Shown here piece by piece: positions 53,991 through 64,000 of a stretch of DNA of 64,000 nucleotides. Both the position numbers and the translations under genes were made by a program. The notes beneath the pieces were generated by a model. It ran no database searches. It had not been told where the DNA came from and saw only the letters and a list, made by a program, of their open reading frames with translations. The stretch's first letter is position 1, and every line of letters begins with the position of its first letter. Source of the stretch: Clostridia bacterium (GTDB taxonomy: Bacteria > Bacillota > Clostridia > Oscillospirales > CAG-382); assembly GCA_017630915.1 (NCBI GenBank), contig JAGBUH010000253.1, positions 5,196 through 69,195 of the forward strand, in the 5' to 3' direction.

Positions 53991-54844
53991 ACAGTAACAG
54001 AAAAGCAAACCCGATCCTTATTATTCTTATCGCAGCTATTATTTTAGTTATAATTACCGTCGCTATCGTTCTCTTTTTCGGTGGTAGATTTACAACTCTT
54101 GATAACGGTGCAAAGTTCTTGGGTAAATCCGAAAACGGTCAACCCGTTTCGGGCACAATCAAATACCAAAACGGCACCGAAGCGTTGCTCGACTATTATA
54201 ACAGGACAATCACATATTCTAACGGTGATATTTACACAGGTGAAATAGTCGACGGTTGCAGACACGGTCACGGTGTTATGGCATTTTCTGCGACAGGTGA
54301 TATTTACGAAGGTTATTTCCAAAAAGATGAAATCACCGGTACCGGTATTTTTAAATACTCCAACGGCGATATATATGAAGGAAGTTTCCTAAATTCATTA
54401 AAACACGGCGCAGGTAAATTCACCTACGCTAACGGTAACAGTTACGAAGGCAACTACGCTAACGACGTGAGAAATGGAAAAGGCGTGTTTAAATGGTCTT
54501 CGGGTGCTTCTTATGAAGGTGAATTTGCCGACGATTTAAAAAACGGTTACGGTATCATGATTTACGAAAGCGGTGACCGTTATGAAGGTTATTTTAAAGA
54601 CGATATGTGTAACGGCGAAAGAGGGTTATATATCTGGTCTAACGGCGAAAGATATAACGGCACTTTCCGCAACAATAAGATGGATACACGTACAGTCGAT
54701 AGCGAAGGCAACTTTATACGAGACGAAAAAGGCGAATATGTTCACGGAGATATGTCAATTTACACCTTTACTACCGGCAGGACATATAGCGGCTATTTCA
54801 TAGAAGGCCAAGCAGTTGGCGTAAATAATTTATTGGAGGAATAA
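53987..54844 (+). CDS. membrane-anchored MORN-repeat protein
   Basis: An N-terminal TM (ILIILIAAIILVIITVAIVLFF) is followed by about 8 tandem repeats of Y.G.....G..G.G......G..YEG.F. Confidence 0.75.
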   Translation: MNSNRKANPILIILIAAIILVIITVAIVLFFGGRFTTLDNGAKFLGKSENGQPVSGTIKYQNGTEALLDYYNRTITYSNGDIYTGEIVDGCRHGHGVMAFSATGDIYEGYFQKDEITGTGIFKYSNGDIYEGSFLNSLKHGAGKFTYANGNSYEGNYANDVRNGKGVFKWSSGASYEGEFADDLKNGYGIMIYESGDRYEGYFKDDMCNGERGLYIWSNGERYNGTFRNNKMDTRTVDSEGNFIRDEKGEYVHGDMSIYTFTTGRTYSGYFIEGQAVGVNNLLEE

Positions 54845-54846
54845 TT

Positions 54847-55698
54847 ATGGCAAACTTTGTTTTTTCTGCATTTGCAGATGAAATCGATTCTAATTTTGAC
54901 AAACAAATCGAGGGCTTAAAAGCATTAAACATCGGTTACATTGAACTTCGCGGTGTTGATGGAAAGAGTTTTATCGAACTTACCGACGAAGAAGTTTTGG
55001 TTGTTAAAAACAAACTCGAAAGCAACAATATCAAAATCTCTGCGCTCGGTACTCCTATCGGTAAAATCAATGTTGACGGCGATTTTGAAGCGCACAAGAA
55101 ACTGCTCACTCGCATTATGGACATCGGCGATATGCTCGGTTGCAAGGTTCTTAGAATGTTCAGTTTTTACCCCGCAGACGGTATGTGCGACTGTGAATTC
55201 AAGAAAATCGCGTTCAAATACGTAGGCGAATTACTTGACATGGCTGACGCACGTGGCTTTATTCTCTGTCACGAGAATGAAAAAGATATCTTCGGTTGTT
55301 CTCCCGAACGCGAACTCGAACTCATGCAATATTTCGGTGGCAGGTTGAAAGCCGTTTTAGACCCCGGAAACTTTGCTTTCTGTTTCGAAGATGCATCGAA
55401 GGGTTATCCTCTTTTGAAGGATTATATCCACTATTTCCATATCAAAGATGCTGACGAAAGCGGTGCTATCGTGCCTCCCGGCAAAGGTGTTGCTTGTCTT
55501 GAAGAAACTCTTAAAGCAATCAACAACGACAGAGACGGCGACGTTATCATCACTATGGAACCCCATTTGATGAACTTCACCGGTTTGTCAAGCCTTTCTA
55601 AACTCGACGACATTCACCACGTATATTCTTTCGAAACACCGTTCGAAGCATTTAAGGTTGCTACCGAAGCGGTTAGAGATATGGTTAGCAAGTTTTGA
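54847..55698 (+). CDS. xylose-isomerase-like TIM-barrel protein (sugar phosphate isomerase/epimerase family)
   Basis: 283 aa with an AP_endonuc_2-type pattern (CHENEKD, HIKDA, TMEPH). Confidence 0.7.
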   Translation: MANFVFSAFADEIDSNFDKQIEGLKALNIGYIELRGVDGKSFIELTDEEVLVVKNKLESNNIKISALGTPIGKINVDGDFEAHKKLLTRIMDIGDMLGCKVLRMFSFYPADGMCDCEFKKIAFKYVGELLDMADARGFILCHENEKDIFGCSPERELELMQYFGGRLKAVLDPGNFAFCFEDASKGYPLLKDYIHYFHIKDADESGAIVPPGKGVACLEETLKAINNDRDGDVIITMEPHLMNFTGLSSLSKLDDIHHVYSFETPFEAFKVATEAVRDMVSKF

Positions 55699-57287
55699 AA
55701 AAACATTTAGTATTATTCGGCGCGGCATTTGACCGCGCCGTAATAAATAAACGAACTTCTCGTCTGTTATCACTATTATTAGGCGTTTTAGCTTCTCTTC
55801 CATACTTTTTTGAGAATTTGTTTGTTTTAACTTTTTTGTCTTTGGTATTTCAATTTTATATTGCAATCAAGCAAAAAAGTGAACACAATAGAGTTTTCAA
55901 ACCGTTCTTCTATTATTTTTTAGGATTTTATTTTCCCCTTTATCTTTTTCTTTCGGAAATATACCCTTACGAACGTTTTGGATTTACCAAACCCCAAGCG
56001 GTGCTTGTGCTTATATGCTCATGTGTCGCAATTCCGCTTTTGCACGCAGTAGTGGAATCGGCTTTAATGCTTATATCTCGCGTATCGTGTGGAAAAGGTT
56101 GGGACATTATATGTTACGCTTCGATTTGGGTAATAGGCGAATGGATTCTCACGTTAGGTACTCTTGCATTTCCTTGGGGCTCAACAGCCGTTTCTATGAC
56201 GGGTTTTCTACCCTATATACAAACCGCTTCCCTATTCGGTAAATACTTTATAACATTTATTACAGCCGCAGGTTGCTATGCATTTGCCCTTGCGATATCT
56301 GAACGTAGAAGCGTATTCGCCATTATCGGGGGCGCCGTTATGGGAATTAACTTGATTTGCGGTCTTGTGTTATGGTATATCCCCATCACAAAATCCGAGC
56401 CTATTACGGTTTCGGCGATACAAGGCAATATACTATCTAATGAAAAATGGCAAAGTGGCAATGCAGATTTAATATTTAACCGTTATATAAATATGACGGA
56501 AGATGCGGCTAAAAAGGGTGCCAATATTATAGTTTTACCCGAAAGTGCGATACCTCAATACTTCACGCCAAACGGTAAAATTCACGAAGCGTTAACGGAT
56601 ATAACGCATACATACGATGTCACGGTCGTATGCGGTGTTCATTACTACGATAAGACGCGTCAATCCAACTACAATTCCGTCATTGCAGTTTACCCCGACG
56701 GAACTTTGTCAGAACACTATGACAAACGTCACCTTGTCCCTTTTGGGGAGTTTATTCCATTCGTTGATACTATCGGGAAACTTGTTCCGTTCGTTGCCGA
56801 GTTCAGCAATAGTTCAAGCACATTGACAGAAGGTACTGAACCGATTGTTCTTGATACCGAATACGGCAAAATTGCCCCATTAGTTTGTTTTGATTCCATT
56901 TTCCCGCCATTCGCACGTGAAGGTGTCGATAACGGTGCAGAAATGATTGCTATTGTAACAAACGACAGTTGGTTCAACGACAGCGCAGGAATTTATACCC
57001 ATTTAAGACACGCGCAACTACGCGCTATCGAAAACAGACGCTATGTTCTTCGTGCCGCTAACACAGGTGTTTCGGCTATTATTGATGAACGCGGTCAAAT
57101 CACAAACAAAACCGAACCACTTACTATTGACACTGCGACAGACATTGTACACGCAATAGAAAGAGTTTCTTTATACACAAAAATCGGCGATATTTTTATT
57201 TATATATCGTTCATCATCATATCATTTTTTTCTGTATGCTATATAAGGAGAATAAAAAATGGAAAAAATACAACTTCATCAAAATGA
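55695..57287 (+). CDS. lnt: apolipoprotein N-acyltransferase homologue
   Basis: 530 aa. About 8 N-terminal TM segments are followed by a CN-hydrolase domain with triad-context motifs IVLPESA, YDKRHLVPFGEFIPF and LVCFDSIFP, and a final C-terminal TM. The TTG start overlaps the upstream TGA. Confidence 0.8.
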   Translation: MKKHLVLFGAAFDRAVINKRTSRLLSLLLGVLASLPYFFENLFVLTFLSLVFQFYIAIKQKSEHNRVFKPFFYYFLGFYFPLYLFLSEIYPYERFGFTKPQAVLVLICSCVAIPLLHAVVESALMLISRVSCGKGWDIICYASIWVIGEWILTLGTLAFPWGSTAVSMTGFLPYIQTASLFGKYFITFITAAGCYAFALAISERRSVFAIIGGAVMGINLICGLVLWYIPITKSEPITVSAIQGNILSNEKWQSGNADLIFNRYINMTEDAAKKGANIIVLPESAIPQYFTPNGKIHEALTDITHTYDVTVVCGVHYYDKTRQSNYNSVIAVYPDGTLSEHYDKRHLVPFGEFIPFVDTIGKLVPFVAEFSNSSSTLTEGTEPIVLDTEYGKIAPLVCFDSIFPPFAREGVDNGAEMIAIVTNDSWFNDSAGIYTHLRHAQLRAIENRRYVLRAANTGVSAIIDERGQITNKTEPLTIDTATDIVHAIERVSLYTKIGDIFIYISFIIISFFSVCYIRRIKNGKNTTSSK

Positions 57288-58119
57288 AATTTATGACGGC
57301 GCTACAACTGTTATACTTGAACTTATGACACACCAAGTTTCGCCTGAGATTACAAAAGGTAAACGTCCTGCTATGATTGTTTTCCCTGGCGGCGGATACA
57401 AATACACCTCCGACAGAGAAGCCGAACCCATTGCAAGCGCATATTTCGCAGAAGGATATAACTGCTTCATTCTCCGTTATATTACAGGTGACAAAGCCAA
57501 GGTTGCGAATCCGCTTTACGATGCTGCCGCTGCTATTGCACACGTACGTATGAATTCCGAACAATATTGTATAGACCCCGACAAAATAGCAGTTGTAGGC
57601 TTTTCGGCAGGCGGTCACCTTGCAGGTTTTATCGCAACACAATGGCACAGAAAAGAAGTAAGCGAAAAGCTCGGCATTGACAACGAACTCTGCAAACCCA
57701 ATGCAGCGTTGTTGGGCTATCCTGTTATTACCCAAAATGTTCCTTCACATGTTGTTTCGTTTAACAACCTTTTAGGCGAAGAAAGAAGCGAAGAATTGAA
57801 CCACATGGGCAACCTTGATGAAAATGTTGACGAGCGAACCTGTCCCTGCTTCATTTGGCATACTGCCAAGGACACTTCCGTACCTGTTGCCAACTCGCTT
57901 GCGTTTGCGCGTGCGCTTACCGACAAGGGTATCAACTGTGAACTTCACATCTTCCCTATGGGCGATCATGGTTTATCGCGCGCTACGGCAGAAACTGCAC
58001 CAGACTGGGCATCGCGTGCATATAATATTCCTTATGTTGCACGTTGGACAAAGTGGTCGTTCCTTTGGTTAGAACAAGTCTTTTACGACGGATTTTATAA
58101 ATTTAATTTTGATAGATAA
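57259..58119 (+). CDS. alpha/beta-hydrolase esterase
   Basis: It has the oxyanion region VFPGGGY and the nucleophile elbow GFSAGGH. An AGGAG RBS precedes the start, and the 5' end overlaps lnt by 29 nt. Confidence 0.8.
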   Translation: MEKIQLHQNEIYDGATTVILELMTHQVSPEITKGKRPAMIVFPGGGYKYTSDREAEPIASAYFAEGYNCFILRYITGDKAKVANPLYDAAAAIAHVRMNSEQYCIDPDKIAVVGFSAGGHLAGFIATQWHRKEVSEKLGIDNELCKPNAALLGYPVITQNVPSHVVSFNNLLGEERSEELNHMGNLDENVDERTCPCFIWHTAKDTSVPVANSLAFARALTDKGINCELHIFPMGDHGLSRATAETAPDWASRAYNIPYVARWTKWSFLWLEQVFYDGFYKFNFDR

Positions 58120-58145
58120 AGCACTTCATCACTTCATCAGAACAC

Positions 58146-58176
58146 AAAAACGCGGTAAATTTTACCGCGTTTTTTA
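58146..58176 (+). terminator. rho-independent terminator
   Basis: The stem is CGCGGT / ACCGCG (58151..58156 pairs with 58064+100 region 58164..58169), flanked by an A-run and a T-run. Confidence 0.8.
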
Positions 58177-58232
58177 TTCTTATACATATTATAGTATTTT
58201 TTTGAAATAATACTTAACAAGGAGTGTTTTAT

Positions 58233-58319
58233 ATGTTTATATTTTTATTGGGTCTTTTAACAGGTGGAGTTCTCGGAGTATTTTTCATGTGTCTTATGCA
58301 GGTTGGTCGAGAACAATAA
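58233..58319 (+). CDS. 28-aa hydrophobic micro-protein, DUF3789-like
   Basis: My translation is MFIFLLGLLTGGVLGVFFMCLMQVGREQ. An AAGGAG RBS lies 8 nt upstream and a strong terminator follows. The pattern G..GV..MC..Q recalls the DUF3789 small proteins of Firmicutes mobile elements; this is from memory and unverified. Confidence 0.4.
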   Translation: MFIFLLGLLTGGVLGVFFMCLMQVGREQ

Positions 58320-58352
58320 AAGCAGATGTCTTCATTAAGACATCTGCTTTTT
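58318..58352. terminator. bidirectional rho-independent terminator (micro-ORF and groEL)
   Basis: A 12-bp perfect stem (58321..58332 pairs with 58337..58348) has a CATT loop, with A residues on the left and TTTTT on the right. Confidence 0.85.
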
Positions 58353-58364
58353 GTTAGATTTTCA

Positions 58365-60011
<1,647 letters not shown>

Positions 60012-60024
60012 TTACCTCCGAATA

Positions 60025-60327
<303 letters not shown>

Positions 60328-60354
60328 TTACTTATCATATAAACAACTTTGACA

Positions 60355-60383
60355 ATTATATACCATATATTTCAAAATTGCAA
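60355..60383 (-). promoter_or_regulatory. groES promoter (TTGCAA-17-TATAAT)
   Basis: On the minus strand, TTGCAA is at 60383..60378, the spacer is 17 nt and TATAAT is at 60360..60355. A GGAGG RBS precedes the groES ATG. Confidence 0.55.
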
Positions 60384-60391
60384 TATCTTAT

Positions 60392-61519
60392 TTACTTTTT
60401 ACGCGGTTTGAAAAACTGATAAAGATTACATTTTATCATTCCGTTATAAAGAACGCGTTTTTTATCGCTTCTGCGACCGAAATGACGTTCAAACATTTCA
60501 TCCGATGTAATAATATACATCTGCCATGACGGTATATTCGCTTCGAAGCATTTACCGAGTGACTTGTAAAGCGCTCTTGCTTCTTCCAAATCACCCAATC
60601 TTTCACCATAGGGCGGATTTGTTACAATCGTACCGCGTGCATCGGGGATAGGCGATTTAAAATCGCGCGCATCGGAAACCGAAAAATCAATACAATGTAA
60701 CACGCCTGCTTTTCTTGCGTTTTCTTTTGCTAATTTTATTGCTTCTTCATCAATATCCGAAGCGAAAATCTTTGTTATAGGTTCGCATATCGCGTTTTTC
60801 GCCTTTTCCCTTTCATCAATCCACACGTTTTTATCGATAAAAGGAAACGATTCGGAAATAAACGAACGTTTTAAACCGGGAGCGATATTGCAGGCAAGCA
60901 TAGCCGCTTCGATAGCGATTGTTCCACTTCCGCAAAGAGGATCACAGATGATAACATTATCGCGCATACGCGAAAGTTTAACCATTGAGCAAGCGAGGGT
61001 TTCACGCAAGGGCGCAGCAAGCGATTGAGCACGGTACCCACGTTTATGAAGTGCGACACCCGAGGTATCAATCATCAATGTAACAACATCATTAAGAAGA
61101 AAGAATTCTATTTGATATTTGACACCTGTTTCGGGAAAAATACGCATTTTGTATTTTTCCGATAAAGATGTTACGATTGCTTTTTTTATGATTTTTTGGC
61201 AATCAGGAATCGAAAAGAGTTTACTTCTTATAGAGTGTCCTTTGACAGGAAACATATCTTCCCTGCCGATATAATCACTCCAAGCAAGTGCTTTCGTGCC
61301 TTCGAACAAGTCATTAAATGTATATGCTTTAAATGAACCAACCTTGATAAAAACTCTTTCAGCGGTTCGAAGATGCAAATTGCATCTTGCAATCCCCTCT
61401 TTTGGAGCTTCGAACGTAACTCTACCGTCGATTGTTTCGATTCGTTTATAGCCTAATGAATCAATCTCCTCGCCAAGCAAACCTTCAAGTCCGAAAAGAC
61501 AGGTGGCAACTAATTCCAT
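60392..61519 (-). CDS. THUMP-domain class I SAM-dependent RNA methyltransferase (RlmL/YpsC-like)
   Basis: An N-terminal ferredoxin-like/THUMP region is followed by the SAM motif DPLCGSGTI and the catalytic NPPYGERL. Confidence 0.82.
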   Translation of the reverse strand: MELVATCLFGLEGLLGEEIDSLGYKRIETIDGRVTFEAPKEGIARCNLHLRTAERVFIKVGSFKAYTFNDLFEGTKALAWSDYIGREDMFPVKGHSIRSKLFSIPDCQKIIKKAIVTSLSEKYKMRIFPETGVKYQIEFFLLNDVVTLMIDTSGVALHKRGYRAQSLAAPLRETLACSMVKLSRMRDNVIICDPLCGSGTIAIEAAMLACNIAPGLKRSFISESFPFIDKNVWIDEREKAKNAICEPITKIFASDIDEEAIKLAKENARKAGVLHCIDFSVSDARDFKSPIPDARGTIVTNPPYGERLGDLEEARALYKSLGKCFEANIPSWQMYIITSDEMFERHFGRRSDKKRVLYNGMIKCNLYQFFKPRKK

Positions 61520-61531
61520 TATATTCTCCGA

Positions 61532-63403
61532 TTATTTTTTCTTCTTTTTAATTATTGCAACAACAGCAACAGTTAAAACAACAACTACACCGATAACACT
61601 CCAAACGAGCCAAGAATTGTTTCCTTTTTCAACAATCGTTACCGAAGTTTCGACATTAGTGTCATCGGCATCACCAATTGATGCGTCAGCCGACGTATCG
61701 TTTTGAATTTCATCGGTATTACTATCAGTAACAGAATCGTCATTACTTTCGTTGTTATCATTATTGTCGACAACTGCTTTTGTAACGCCCACCATTGCTT
61801 CGCCACAAAAGACAAAGTTAGCATTTGAATTGATAAACGAATACTTAACATAACGCGCCGTTGTCGGTGCAGTAACGATATGAATATATGAGATGACATC
61901 TACATATTGCAACGAAGGTTGAGCGAGTTTGCGGAAATTTTCGCCATCCTCAGAAACGTATATTGTTACGTCATCCGCAGGGTCATCAATGCCATACTTT
62001 TCAATATGACTGAACTGAGCCAAGAAATGGGTTAAATCGTTTCTTACTTCACCTAAATCGATAGTAATGCTCATTCTACCGTCAGAATCTTTCAAAGTTT
62101 TATGAAAGCCGTGCCATTCGGTACCAAGTTCGGAGTTGGCTATAACACCGTCGGTAAGTTCTTTTCCATCGATTTGTTGGTATTCTGCTCCGGAACCATC
62201 GGCATAAGCTTGGGTTGCAGTATAACTCTTTCCAATAGATACCCATTCGACGTTTTCGGGCAACTTAAAGGTATCGCTGCGATATGCCGCAATATCATCT
62301 TTTGTAAGTGTTCCCTTTGCATATTTATAGGTCAAATCATAAACTGCGCGAGCATATTTTTCGGTCGTATAATATCCTCTTTGATAAATTCCCGGCTTAC
62401 CGTCTTGATAATACATCTTGATTGAATTCATAGCACCCGACTGCATACAGCCCTCTAAATAATCAAGATAACGGTTGAAAAATTCACCATTGGAAATTCC
62501 GCGGCCGTCGATTTCTATTTCTACGCCCATTCCATATTGATTGCAAAGTTGGTTGCAAATCTGCACTCTATCCTTCTCTGCCTGGGTTTGCCAATACATA
62601 TTGGGTTGCATACAAACGGCATCAAATCCAAGTTCTTTCCAAATATCAAATCCGTTTGCTTTAAACCAAGGAATCCAAATAAACTTCAATCCCAATGAGT
62701 GAAGATAATCGGATGCATATTTGAACAGCACCTTATCCTCAGAGGTTTCTTTGTTGCCATATAAATATTCTTCAAGCCAATAAAAACCGACAAGTTCAAG
62801 GTTATCGTAACCTCTTTCGTTATATAAACGAAGTTGTTCGTCAATCATCCACTTGATTGCATATTTGCGGTCTTCAAGTCTGGATAAATTGAGTTGTTTG
62901 CCACCCAAATTACCAAAGTTTGCACCGGCATTAGCGGCAGGATACAAAATAGTAAAGAACACGCCGGCCTTCTTATCGGGCGCATTAAGTGCATTCTTTG
63001 CCTTTCCGAATGCTTCATTCAGAGCATCAACGTTGGTTCCCTTATTAAAGGTATCTTCAACATAAGCGATCCAGTCCAATGCCTTGGTGGGGTTTGCAGT
63101 ATCATAATGAAGCCTCGCGCCTGTAACACCATTGGCAACACAAGGCAAGAAAAGATAACTGTCAAAAAAGAAATCAACCATATTGTTATTTGCATCGTGG
63201 TAGGCAACATACGGCATCAAGTCGGTAACGGTTTGACGGCCGTTATCGTTTCGTGACGGGTTCCAAGTATACGTTAAACAAAGGTTTTCATAACCGCCCA
63301 TATCAGCTTTGTCGGGAAAATCAGCTAATGCGGTAAGATTGAAACTCATAAATACCGATAACAACATTGTTGCCATGAGAATAAACGCTAAAACTCTCTT
63401 CAT
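61532..63403 (-). CDS. surface protein: signal peptide, DUF4855-like TIM-barrel-type domain, discoidin/F5-8-type-C-like domain, acidic stalk and C-terminal TM anchor
   Basis: 623 aa. The signal peptide is MKRVLAFILMATMLLSVFMSFNLTALA. The central region resembles DUF4855 (from memory, unverified). A beta-rich domain of about 150 aa follows, then a D/N/S/T-rich stretch, then WLVWSVIGVVVVLTVAVVAIIKKKKK. Confidence 0.4.
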   Translation of the reverse strand: MKRVLAFILMATMLLSVFMSFNLTALADFPDKADMGGYENLCLTYTWNPSRNDNGRQTVTDLMPYVAYHDANNNMVDFFFDSYLFLPCVANGVTGARLHYDTANPTKALDWIAYVEDTFNKGTNVDALNEAFGKAKNALNAPDKKAGVFFTILYPAANAGANFGNLGGKQLNLSRLEDRKYAIKWMIDEQLRLYNERGYDNLELVGFYWLEEYLYGNKETSEDKVLFKYASDYLHSLGLKFIWIPWFKANGFDIWKELGFDAVCMQPNMYWQTQAEKDRVQICNQLCNQYGMGVEIEIDGRGISNGEFFNRYLDYLEGCMQSGAMNSIKMYYQDGKPGIYQRGYYTTEKYARAVYDLTYKYAKGTLTKDDIAAYRSDTFKLPENVEWVSIGKSYTATQAYADGSGAEYQQIDGKELTDGVIANSELGTEWHGFHKTLKDSDGRMSITIDLGEVRNDLTHFLAQFSHIEKYGIDDPADDVTIYVSEDGENFRKLAQPSLQYVDVISYIHIVTAPTTARYVKYSFINSNANFVFCGEAMVGVTKAVVDNNDNNESNDDSVTDSNTDEIQNDTSADASIGDADDTNVETSVTIVEKGNNSWLVWSVIGVVVVLTVAVVAIIKKKKK

Positions 63404-63433
63404 GAATTCTTCCCTCCATCAAATTTAGAATAT

Positions 63434-64000
63434 TTAAGAAAAAAGCAATTTTTCGGCATACCCTGTTACAATGCCGAGTGTTGCCGAGCCAAGAATTAGA
63501 TAAATCGGGTTGACCTTTTTAAAAGCAAGAACAACCACTATACCAAAGATAACAACGGAACTAAAAAATTGAAAACCAAAAGCGGATAGAGATATTCCTA
63601 TCGGGAAAAACACGCCATAGCCCAGTGTAATAATTGCAGATGCAATAAGTCCTATTACAACAGGGCGAAGTCCCGTAAGACAGTTTTTTACAATAAAGCT
63701 GTTTTTATATTTTGCGTAAAATCGTGCAACAAGCATGATTATCACAAAAGACGGTAAAACAACACCGAGAGTGGCGCAAACCGCGCCAAACAAGCCGCCG
63801 GTTTGAACTCCGATATACGTCGCCATATTGATAGCAACTGGGCCGGGGGTGGATTCCGCCACCGCGATGAAGTTAAGCAGTTGCTCCTCGCCCATCCAAT
63901 CGTTCGCAAGAACTTCATACTGAATAAGCGGAAGCATCGCGTATCCTCCACCAAAAGTGAAAGCACCAATCTTCAAAAAGGTAAGAAAGAGTTTTAGATA
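63434..64000 (-). CDS. chrA: chromate transporter family protein (N-terminus at or just beyond the window end)
   Basis: It has FLKIGAFTFGGGYAMLPLIQ and AESTPGPVAINMATYIG. The reading frame stays open upstream of the first ATG as far as position 64000. Confidence 0.8.
   Translation of the reverse strand, partial: YLKLFLTFLKIGAFTFGGGYAMLPLIQYEVLANDWMGEEQLLNFIAVAESTPGPVAINMATYIGVQTGGLFGAVCATLGVVLPSFVIIMLVARFYAKYKNSFIVKNCLTGLRPVVIGLIASAIITLGYGVFFPIGISLSAFGFQFFSSVVIFGIVVVLAFKKVNPIYLILGSATLGIVTGYAEKLLFS

Overview
This window looks like core chromosome from a low-GC, monoderm Clostridia-type bacterium. The taxon is only a guess, based on a dockerin module, sortase B, tig-clpP-clpX, groES-groEL and soj-spo0J-serS. 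I found no rRNA, tRNA, CRISPR array, transposase or integrase. Layout: (1) a his operon on the minus strand (hisZ-hisG-hisD-hisC-hisB, 1..4623) behind a promoter-dense divergent region. (2) A DUF4317-like gene, a membrane protein and a secreted BspA-type LRR protein ending in a dockerin (4926..8565). (3) A 28-kb, 29-gene, single-strand glycan locus (about 8.7..36.7 kb). It carries a PglC-like initiating transferase, an SDR plus split transketolase, 8 GT2, 3 GT4, an EpsG-like polymerase, three acyl/acetyltransferases, two pyruvyltransferases, a Wzm/Wzt-type ABC exporter, and a 3' CMP-sugar-acid cassette. (4) A nucleotidyltransferase, clpX, clpP and tig (minus), then sortase B. (5) A frameshifted ECF sigma gene with a membrane partner. 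(6) A Gfo/Idh/MocA, TIM-barrel and glycerate kinase operon, followed by a GtrB-like transferase. (7) murQ, mscS, soj, spo0J, serS, a MORN-repeat protein, an Lnt homologue and an esterase. (8) groES-groEL, a THUMP methyltransferase, a surface-anchored DUF4855-like protein and a partial chromate transporter. The best candidate for something undescribed is inside the glycan locus. A NeuA/KdsB-type cytidylyltransferase and a KdsC-type phosphatase flank a DmpG-type (DRE-TIM) pyruvate aldolase rather than a NeuB/KdsA synthase, and that aldolase is fused to a DUF115/GT42-like transferase domain. A second stand-alone DUF115 protein and a QueC-like PP-loop/Cys4 protein, the latter translationally coupled to the Wzt ATPase, sit next to the exporter. 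All functional calls rest on motif reading by eye; no database search was possible.
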